In this document: one piece after another, positions 18,214 through 25,768 of the stretch
Layout of the letters: each line of letters starts with the position of its first letter
How positions within the stretch are numbered: the first letter of the stretch is position 1
Assembly: GCA_937948815.1 (NCBI GenBank)
Contig: CALFAM010000052.1
Coordinates: forward strand, 1,061 to 65,060
From: an uncultured bacterium
GTDB lineage: Bacteria > Acidobacteriota > Thermoanaerobaculia > Multivoradales > J023
Direction: 5' to 3'
DNA length: 64,000 nucleotides
The notes under the pieces: generated by a model
What the model saw: only the letters and a program-made list of their open reading frames with translations
What the model was told of the DNA's origin: nothing
Database searches by the model: none
Program-made: the position numbers and the translations under genes

Positions 18214-20580
18214 CTACAGGATCTCGACGGTCACCGGTCCCTTGATCATCGTCTTGCAGGCGAGGCGGCATTCCCCGGCCTCGAGATCACAGAGGTCTGC
18301 GAGCGTGTCGGTTTCCTCGTCATCGGGGCCTGCCGTCAAATTCTCCAGGCCGGCGAGCACGCGGATCGGATCGCTGCCGCAGATACCCGCGTGGCACTCA
18401 GCATTGACCGCGATGCCATTCGCCTCCGCAACGTCGCAGATGGTCTGCCCAGGGAGCGCCGGGAAGGTCTTGCCCAGGGACGCGAAGGTCACGGATGGGC
18501 CATCTCCGACCGCCGAACTACCTTGAAGCGGCGCAGCACCCACCGGCGCCATGTCTTCCAGGGTACCGGGCTCACCATCGGCCACCACGGGCAGAATGGC
18601 GCTGGTCGAAGCGGGCGACTCGTCGTCGAACACAGCGTCCTCACGCGCACTGTAAACGAAGAGTTGCTGGCCGACCCGGAAGCGATCACCGTGTGCAAGC
18701 TGGACAGCGCCGCGAACCTTCAGGAAGGTACCGTTGACGCTCTTCAGATCCTTGGCCATGGCGATGCCGCCGACGGCCGAGATCGCGAGCTGGCGCCGCG
18801 ACAGCGTACGGTCTCCGGCTTCGAGGGTGACGTCTGGTGACTTGCGTCCCAAGATGATCGAGCGATCCGGCAGCGCGATGCGGCGTACCTCTCTACCTGC
18901 CTGGTCGTAGTGGATCAGGAAGAGACCGTCGTCACCGCTTCCCAGCAGCAGGAACTGTCGCCCCGCACACAGCAGGTCCCCGGGCTCGAGGGCGATCTTG
19001 CGGTGAATCGGCAAGCGCAGGAAGACACCACCCGGCGAGCCATCGTCACGAAGCAGGCAGCCATCGTCCGACAACACCAGCGAGGCATGATGCTCCGCCA
19101 GCAAGGTGTCCTCGGGAAAGGTGATGTCGCAACCACCACGGCCAATGGAGCTCACGGACTGCGCAGCCAGGGGATACTCCTCGCCGACCACGCCACCAGG
19201 GAGCAGCCGCAGCAGGTAGCCAGCCTGCGCCACCGGTTTGCGGCCCGCCGCGAAGCTCTCCTCGGGCAGGCGCTCATCGACCGGCGCTGCCGTGGGTACG
19301 GGGATGAAAGTCGAGTCCGTGGAGGATCCCATCGGCTCGAGATCCTCGGCCTCACCGATCTCGACCGCGATCTCGGTCTTGCCGTCCAACCGCTGCCGAA
19401 TGACTTCCGAGATCAGAACGCCGTCGCGCAGCGCCGCTTTGATATTGCCGCGATGTTTCACTTCGCGGAACGTTGCTGGGTCGGCACCGAAGTCGTCGAC
19501 CTCGAAGTGGCCGGGGCTCAGGAGATCGCCGGCCAGGAAGACATTGGGCTGGCACGTCTCCAGGTAGCGGTTGACCGGAAGACGCTTGCGGCTACGCGCC
19601 CCTCCCGTCACCATCTCGATCCCGACCGAGCTCAGGAGCGTCGTCGGGATGTCCTCGCCAATGCAGGCAATACAGCTCTCTTTCGGGAACTCCAGGTGCG
19701 ACGTCTCCGTGGGCCGACCCGCCATCGTGCGGCGATCGGTGCGGATCGCCAGGTACTCGTTTCGATCTTCCCCGGTGACCACGGCGGCGGGCTCACTGCG
19801 CGGGAAGTAACGAATATTGCCGTTGCCCACGTAGGCTGCGAAGAAGACCTCGGCCAACGCCTTGGAAACCCGCGGCATCTTGTCGCCGCGGTAGCTCCAG
19901 TAGATTGCGGTCGAATCCGACGCGGCAGCCTTGGCGCCCGAAATCGCGATCACCGCCTCGGCGGCGGATGTTCCACCACCGATGACACAGGCAGGGCGGC
20001 CCACATAGTGCTGCGGATCGTCCATGCGAAAGGCGATTCCCTGGGTGTTGCCCGGGACATCGAAACGTCGTGGAACACCACGACCGATCGCGATGACCAC
20101 GTTGCGCGCGAGCAAGGTGACGTCGACGCGCGCCGTGTGATCCCAGCCCCTGACCTCGTAGACGCCGTCGGCTGCGCGCCGTACGAGGCCCGTCAGCTCG
20201 AAGCCGAGGCGGGTCGGCACCGCATGCTGGCGGTAGAGGTCTTTCCAGCTCGCGCACATGTCGTCTTTGTCGATCGGGGCGAAGCGTAGCGACTCGATCA
20301 GCGCGTCGCCTTTCGGGAACTTCATCCGATCCCCGCCGCCGAAGCTGGGCAGGATCAGTTTGTCCTTCGAATAGTCGCGAATTCGCTTCATCAGGTCGTC
20401 GTACTCGACGACCAATACCGACATCCCGAGCTCACGGGCCCGAAACGCAACGGCTGTCCCGGCTGGACCTCCGCCGGCAACCAGGACGTCCAAGACGCCC
20501 GACGCAGGATCGAGACCGCCTCCCGAACCTGCTTCGCTGCCATCACCGTGATTCATAAGACCCTCCGGGCATTGACTCAT
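18214..20580 (-). CDS. Fusion protein: TrxR-like FAD/NAD(P)H oxidoreductase + two FHA domains + ferredoxin-like Cys-rich C-terminal domain
   Basis: GGGPAG and GGGTSAAE dinucleotide folds plus FLAGD. Two FHA signatures (IGRGGCDITF...HASL...GSPGGVFL and LGRKSPDVTL...SRRQ...SVNGTFL). C-terminus CHAGICGS...CDLEAGECRLAC. Start uncertain (ATG 20580 or 20556; track ORF 20667). Confidence 0.7.
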   Translation of the reverse strand: MSQCPEGLMNHGDGSEAGSGGGLDPASGVLDVLVAGGGPAGTAVAFRARELGMSVLVVEYDDLMKRIRDYSKDKLILPSFGGGDRMKFPKGDALIESLRFAPIDKDDMCASWKDLYRQHAVPTRLGFELTGLVRRAADGVYEVRGWDHTARVDVTLLARNVVIAIGRGVPRRFDVPGNTQGIAFRMDDPQHYVGRPACVIGGGTSAAEAVIAISGAKAAASDSTAIYWSYRGDKMPRVSKALAEVFFAAYVGNGNIRYFPRSEPAAVVTGEDRNEYLAIRTDRRTMAGRPTETSHLEFPKESCIACIGEDIPTTLLSSVGIEMVTGGARSRKRLPVNRYLETCQPNVFLAGDLLSPGHFEVDDFGADPATFREVKHRGNIKAALRDGVLISEVIRQRLDGKTEIAVEIGEAEDLEPMGSSTDSTFIPVPTAAPVDERLPEESFAAGRKPVAQAGYLLRLLPGGVVGEEYPLAAQSVSSIGRGGCDITFPEDTLLAEHHASLVLSDDGCLLRDDGSPGGVFLRLPIHRKIALEPGDLLCAGRQFLLLGSGDDGLFLIHYDQAGREVRRIALPDRSIILGRKSPDVTLEAGDRTLSRRQLAISAVGGIAMAKDLKSVNGTFLKVRGAVQLAHGDRFRVGQQLFVYSAREDAVFDDESPASTSAILPVVADGEPGTLEDMAPVGAAPLQGSSAVGDGPSVTFASLGKTFPALPGQTICDVAEANGIAVNAECHAGICGSDPIRVLAGLENLTAGPDDEETDTLADLCDLEAGECRLACKTMIKGPVTVEIL

Positions 20581-21565
20581 TGCCAGCCGAGTCGGCGCGC
20601 AGCACGCGGGCCGCGAGCGGTCCGAAAGACAGCACGTCGCCAGGCTCGATCTCGACCTCACCTGCAATCGGCTTGCCGGCGAGGAATGTGTGGTTGTTGC
20701 TCCCCTGGTCGCGCAGGGTGATCGTCGCTCCGACCTTCATGACCGCATGCCGCCGAGAAATGTGATCACTGGCGAGCCGGATCGCGGCAGTCGCCGTGCG
20801 GCCGATTTGATTGCTGCCGTAGACGAGCGGGAATCGTTCCGGCCCGGTCTCGAAGTCGACCTCCAGAACGAAGACCGTCGGCGAGCCCGGAATGGGCGGC
20901 CTGCGCGCGGCCGGGCCGCGATCGGCCGGGCCGCGATCGGCCGCGCTGAGATCAGCCGAGCTATCCACACCGTGCGCGGCGGCTTCGGGCGCTTCGGGCG
21001 CCAGCGACGCCGCGGGCCGAATGCCGCTGGGCACCGCCAGCGGCAGCTCGTGGAATTGGGTTCGTTCGACCGCTCCAGCCGAGTCGGCTGCCCCGGCTTC
21101 GCCGCCCTCCGGGGTATCCATGCGTTCGATCAGTGCCTGCGGCACGGCGAAAGGCTCGTGCGCCTGCGTCACCGCGATCGGTTCGGTGATCGGCGTGCCA
21201 TCGGCCCCGCCGGGGCGGCTGCTCGTCGGTACCGGCGCTGACCCGTGTCGTTCCCGGGTGCGCAGGAGATCCTGAAAAACGAACTCGTGGCGTCCGGCGA
21301 AGGTAATGACGTGTAGGTGATCGAGACGTTCACGCCCGACGACCGGTACGCCATCGAGCGCGGTGCCATTGGTGCTTCCGAGATCTTCGAGCAGGAATCC
21401 GCCGGTTGCCGAGTCGAAGGCAATTCGCGCGTGATCCTTCGAGATCAGCCCATCGTCGATCACCACGGCGTGGCCACGGTCTCGCCCGACCGTCGCCTCG
21501 TCGTCAACCTCGACCGAGACGCCCGCGAGCGCACCGAGTGGGCTGAACAAGCGTGCGCGCGGCAT
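20543..21565 (-). CDS. Double FHA-domain protein
   Basis: N-terminal FHA (VGRDRGHAVVI...SKDHARI...GSTNGTALDG) and C-terminal FHA (IGRTATAAIRL...SRRHAVM...GSNNHTFL), separated by an Ala/Pro-rich linker. Confidence 0.75.
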   Translation of the reverse strand: MPRARLFSPLGALAGVSVEVDDEATVGRDRGHAVVIDDGLISKDHARIAFDSATGGFLLEDLGSTNGTALDGVPVVGRERLDHLHVITFAGRHEFVFQDLLRTRERHGSAPVPTSSRPGGADGTPITEPIAVTQAHEPFAVPQALIERMDTPEGGEAGAADSAGAVERTQFHELPLAVPSGIRPAASLAPEAPEAAAHGVDSSADLSAADRGPADRGPAARRPPIPGSPTVFVLEVDFETGPERFPLVYGSNQIGRTATAAIRLASDHISRRHAVMKVGATITLRDQGSNNHTFLAGKPIAGEVEIEPGDVLSFGPLAARVLRADSAGNESMPGGSYESR

Positions 21566-21566
21566 C

Positions 21567-23156
21567 TCAGCCCGCTCCCGCGCTGGTGTACAGCAGCATC
21601 TGATTGCTCCGATCCTTGTCCGGGTGGAAGACGTGACAGGTCACACAATCGTTCACGGCCCGTCGGTCGCTGTGACAGTCCTGGCACACTTCGAGCTTCG
21701 GAAGATTCTGGATACTCGCCTGGTCCTCGGCCGGGTCGATCTCGGCCCCTTCCGCGATCGCCTGCTCGATCGGGATCTCGTTGTGGCAGTCGAGGCAGCG
21801 CGCCTGGAGAATGTGTGCGTGGTGATCGAACTCCGCATGGCGAAGGGTTTGTTGGTCGTCCTGCACGCGAACAATGGTCGCATTCTCGACTTCGTGGCAC
21901 TGCTGGCAAGGGCCGGTGAGCGAATCGACCAGAGCGTGAATCGCTTCGGCCTGCTCGCCGGTGACGTGCGCATCCGAGGAGTCGAGGGCGAGTAGGAAGT
22001 CCGTCTCATCGAGGTCGACGAGCGGATCTTCGATCCGGCGGCCCAAGCTTTCGATCATGCTCGTGATGCGCTCCAGCTCCTCCTGAATCGCCGGCTCGGG
22101 GCGACCTCGCAAACCCACGGCCTGCTCCTCGAGGGTGGCCAGGGCCTCGCGATAAAGGTTCTTGACCTCGTGCTCTGGAACGTTGGGAGTAGCTGTCAGC
22201 AAGTCGGCGAGCCCGGCGTCGGGCAGCAGGCGGGTGCGCAGGCGTCGAAGGTTGTGCAACACCCACGGATCGAGGTGATGGAGTGGAGACTTGCGAATCC
22301 GTGAGCCCACGGTTTGCAGCTCGTTGGGGTTGGCGAACCATGACCACCGGGTGCCTACGCCACCCTGCTCGCGAATCGCTTCGAGCGACAGCACCCCGAG
22401 GCTGCCGGAATCGGAGCCTTGTATCGGCAGCCGCGGCGTCGCAGTGCCGATGGTCAGGTGGCAGGCGTCACAGTGGCGATCGAAGCTGATCGGCTCGAAG
22501 TTGCGCCCATCCGGCTGCGCATTGTGGCAGTAGAGACAGGCTTGCTCGACATCATCCAACGCCTCCTGATCCATCAGCTCGGCAATGTGCTCGATGTGCG
22601 CGAAGGTGATGCCCGAACGATCGGGTTCGTCGTTGGCGGCGAATGAAAACTGAGGGTGGTCGTCGTCGAATGAGTCGAAGTGGCATGCCTGACACTGCCC
22701 ATTGCTGACCGTGGTGAGGTCGGCATCGCGCCCGCCATGCTCTCCATGACACGTTGCGCACGGAACCTCGTGGGCGGACGTCTCGACATTCTCGAAATCG
22801 CCCGACCGGTAGAGGTAGTGGGCCGTGAAGGAGTAGGTGCCGATCTCGTCACCCAACTTCTCGTGGCAGGTCTCGCAACGCTCGTTCTGGACGGTGTCGA
22901 AGGCGTCGTGACAGGCCCCGCAGTTGTTCTCGAGCAAGGCATGGCCCGAAGAAAGCTCACCCGTCGAGATCAAGTGCGCGTCGCGATAGAAAAAATCGAC
23001 CAGCAGCCAGCCAGCGGCGAGCATGGCCAAGGCAGCTCCGATCCAGAGAGCACGCCGCCGTCCGGGCGGCAGCACATACGACCGCGCCACGGGCAGACGG
23101 GCCTGCCCGTAGGTCCCTTTCATCTTCGCCTTGGACTTGATTGGCTGTTGCGACAT
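21567..23156 (-). CDS. Membrane-anchored decahaem c-type cytochrome
   Basis: One N-terminal TM helix (LWIGAALAMLAAGWLLVDFF) and ten CxxCH motifs counted in the translation. Confidence 0.8.
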   Translation of the reverse strand: MSQQPIKSKAKMKGTYGQARLPVARSYVLPPGRRRALWIGAALAMLAAGWLLVDFFYRDAHLISTGELSSGHALLENNCGACHDAFDTVQNERCETCHEKLGDEIGTYSFTAHYLYRSGDFENVETSAHEVPCATCHGEHGGRDADLTTVSNGQCQACHFDSFDDDHPQFSFAANDEPDRSGITFAHIEHIAELMDQEALDDVEQACLYCHNAQPDGRNFEPISFDRHCDACHLTIGTATPRLPIQGSDSGSLGVLSLEAIREQGGVGTRWSWFANPNELQTVGSRIRKSPLHHLDPWVLHNLRRLRTRLLPDAGLADLLTATPNVPEHEVKNLYREALATLEEQAVGLRGRPEPAIQEELERITSMIESLGRRIEDPLVDLDETDFLLALDSSDAHVTGEQAEAIHALVDSLTGPCQQCHEVENATIVRVQDDQQTLRHAEFDHHAHILQARCLDCHNEIPIEQAIAEGAEIDPAEDQASIQNLPKLEVCQDCHSDRRAVNDCVTCHVFHPDKDRSNQMLLYTSAGAG

Positions 23157-23226
23157 CAGTTTCTCGGTTCCCTTCTCGTGCGTCGTCTCAAAGCGGTCGG
23201 CAGCTCGTCCTGATCCTTCTGCTCGA

Positions 23227-24081
23227 TCAGTAGTACAGAACCGTGAAGACGTGAACCCCGACCAAGACCAACAGGACCAGGGACAAGGGGATATGGAGCA
23301 TCAACCACCAGCGCAGCGGCCACTGCAAGGTGTGATGGGCATCGAGCTCGAGCTTGGTCCGGTAGAGCGTCTCGAGTTGCTCGAGGCGCCCGCGTTCGTC
23401 TTCGGGCAAGAAACCGCGCAGATAGTCGAACGCCCGCAACCGGGAACGGATTCCGCCGGTGACGTCGACGAAGTAGATCCAGCGTCGGTCCGGACCTCCC
23501 AAGGCCGGCGCCACCTCACGCGCGTAGAGCGCGCGGATGGCATCGCCGCAGCTCGCGCTCAGCGCCTCTGCGCGCTCACGCAGATCATCGATCAGAGATG
23601 GGATCCGCTCGTAGAGCGCCTCGGTCGACAAACCCGAGGCCAAGACCCGCGGAATCCAGCGCTGCAGGAGCAAGCCCAGCGCGCCGCTGATCACCGTCCA
23701 CACGCTCAGACCCCAGAGCCACCAGGTGAGGGCGCCTGACGGCAGGCGAAAGCTGCTGTGCATCACCATCAGCAGCAGGAAGAGTGTGCCGCCATAGAGA
23801 TGCAGGCGCAGCCAGCCACGCGCGCTACCGACCCGCAGGCGCGAGGCCAGAGCCGGAAAGCGCCGGCGCATGCCAAAGAGCGCAACAGCCACCATGACCA
23901 CCGCACAGGCAATGCCGTAGGCAATTCCCCATGCGTTGCCAGAAGACAGCTCGCTGAGCGTGATTTGCACGGCGAGCGCGATGACACATAGCGCGACCAA
24001 CGAAAAGAAGACGATCTGTCCAGCCGGCCAACGCCGGCGTCCGGCCGGCGGGTTGCTGCGTTGACTCGTTGCTTTCGGCAT
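23227..24081 (-). CDS. Five-TM membrane protein with two H-x13-H helices (candidate dihaem b-type subunit)
   Basis: Helix HLYGGTLFLLLMVMH and helix HIPLSLVLLVLVGVH each carry His pairs with identical 13-residue spacing. A soluble insert of about 100 aa lies between TM4 and TM5. Confidence 0.55.
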   Translation of the reverse strand: MPKATSQRSNPPAGRRRWPAGQIVFFSLVALCVIALAVQITLSELSSGNAWGIAYGIACAVVMVAVALFGMRRRFPALASRLRVGSARGWLRLHLYGGTLFLLLMVMHSSFRLPSGALTWWLWGLSVWTVISGALGLLLQRWIPRVLASGLSTEALYERIPSLIDDLRERAEALSASCGDAIRALYAREVAPALGGPDRRWIYFVDVTGGIRSRLRAFDYLRGFLPEDERGRLEQLETLYRTKLELDAHHTLQWPLRWWLMLHIPLSLVLLVLVGVHVFTVLYY

Positions 24082-24085
24082 GGTG

Positions 24086-25768
24086 CTAGCGATCCCGTCG
24101 GCGCAGGGCCTGAATCTCGTCCACCGAACCGACCCGATGTAAGCAGCCCTGTGGGCAATTGCTCACACAAGCCGGCTCGTGGCCAGTGGAATGGCAAAGA
24201 TCACATTTGCTGGCCACGAGGCGATCATCGCCTCGGAGGCCGGCCGGGACCGTGTCGTCCGGCCAGATCTCGCCGGTCTCGTGCATGACGATCGCATCGT
24301 AGGGGCAGTTGCTGGCACAGGTTCCGCAGCCGATACAGATGTCGTCGTCGATGTCGATCAGCTCGGCCAGTCCACCACGATGGATCGCGCCCGTGGGACA
24401 ACCGACGAGGCACACAGGATCCTGGCAGTGGTAGCACGACTTGGCGACCAGCAGGTTGTCCAGCTTGCTGCCCTCACGCACGAAGCGCGGGCGCCCGCCG
24501 TGGGTGGCAGCACAGGCACGCACGCAGTCGTCACAGCGGGTGCAGGCTTCGAGATCGATCACCATCATGCTGTTGCCCTGAACCAAGCCGCGGTCGAGGG
24601 CCACCTGCGTGAACTCCGCGTGATCGATGTCGCGTTTGCCGTGTCCCGCTTCGCGAATCCGCGCCAGGGCGCTCTTCCAGAGCTGTTCCTGTAGCCCGGG
24701 CTCGCTTTGCAGGAGTGACCGCACCAGTGATGCCGGTATCTTGACCAGCTCCGAGTACTCGACCGACGTCGCGGTCACCTCCCAGGAATCGACGCCATCG
24801 ATCAGCAGCTCGACCTCGCCGATGGTCATGCCCTTGGAGAGATACGAAACGGTGACGTCACTCTCGCCGAAGCGCTGGGCCAGCTTGACGAAGCCCGAGC
24901 GCACCAAGAAGATCGCGCCCGCTTCCGTTCCTTCCGCGACCACCAGCTCGTCGGGACCACATGACACGAGCTCGACGGAGCGTTCGAGCTCTTTGATCGA
25001 TGCCGGCGTGAGGCCGGCGAAGAGCGGCGTACGCTTGAGCTGGCCCGCCAGGGCACGCTCGCGGTACCGCTCGTCGAGATGTTTCTTGAGACCCGCCGAG
25101 CGGCGCTTCATCAGGCGCAAGGCCGGCACACGAATCTGAATCAGCTGGCACCGTGTCGCAGTGCGGGCCGTGACCGATTGGGGCCAGCCACTCATCGCAC
25201 CGATCTCCCCGAAGATCTCCCCCGGGCCGAGGCGCGTCGTGCCGCTCGAGGGGAGGTCGGTATCCATGGTGGCCAAGAAGGCGATGGTGTGATCGTCCGA
25301 CGAGCGGTTGAGGCTCTGGATGCGGCTGGGCGAAGGCGAGCCGGCGGCCATCGTCGGCAGAAGCTGGGTGCGCTCGACGCCGTCGGGATTCGAGAGCTCG
25401 ATCATCGAGGTCCGCTCGCGCTCGAAGATCGGGGCGGTATCGTTGCCGCCCTGGAGCGCGCCGAGATCAATCTCGACTTCACCTCGGACGACCACGAAGG
25501 CCACATTCAGATACGAACCCTGCTCGAACAGCGCGGCATTCTCCCGCCAGGCGACCACGGAGACATCCGGGCTGATGCGTTCGAGAAAGGTGTCCGGATA
25601 GTCGCTGAAGATGTCGTACCGGCGCAGCTCGGCCGCGGTCAGCCGGTCGGAGATCGCCTCGATTCCGGTGGTATCGCCGTAGGACGACCAGCGATCCCGG
25701 TACATCTCCATGCGCCGGATCGTCGTCTTACTGACGCTGCCGCCTTGTTCGTTCATCGCATTGCTCAT
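24086..25768 (-). CDS. Two cyclic-nucleotide-binding domains fused to a four-cluster 4Fe-4S (DmsB/NrfC-like) domain; no signal peptide
   Basis: CNB signatures GEIFGEIGAM and GMTIGEVELL. Cys groups CTRCDDCVRAC, CYHCQDPVCLVGCP, CIGCGTCASNCP and CDLCHSTGHEPACVSNCP. Start overlaps the upstream stop (25765-25768). Confidence 0.8.
   Translation of the reverse strand: MSNAMNEQGGSVSKTTIRRMEMYRDRWSSYGDTTGIEAISDRLTAAELRRYDIFSDYPDTFLERISPDVSVVAWRENAALFEQGSYLNVAFVVVRGEVEIDLGALQGGNDTAPIFERERTSMIELSNPDGVERTQLLPTMAAGSPSPSRIQSLNRSSDDHTIAFLATMDTDLPSSGTTRLGPGEIFGEIGAMSGWPQSVTARTATRCQLIQIRVPALRLMKRRSAGLKKHLDERYRERALAGQLKRTPLFAGLTPASIKELERSVELVSCGPDELVVAEGTEAGAIFLVRSGFVKLAQRFGESDVTVSYLSKGMTIGEVELLIDGVDSWEVTATSVEYSELVKIPASLVRSLLQSEPGLQEQLWKSALARIREAGHGKRDIDHAEFTQVALDRGLVQGNSMMVIDLEACTRCDDCVRACAATHGGRPRFVREGSKLDNLLVAKSCYHCQDPVCLVGCPTGAIHRGGLAELIDIDDDICIGCGTCASNCPYDAIVMHETGEIWPDDTVPAGLRGDDRLVASKCDLCHSTGHEPACVSNCPQGCLHRVGSVDEIQALRRRDR

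Noticed and set aside
18910-20289. 459-aa plus-strand ORF
   Set aside because: Antisense to the flavoprotein-FHA gene, whose dinucleotide-binding and FHA motifs support the minus strand.
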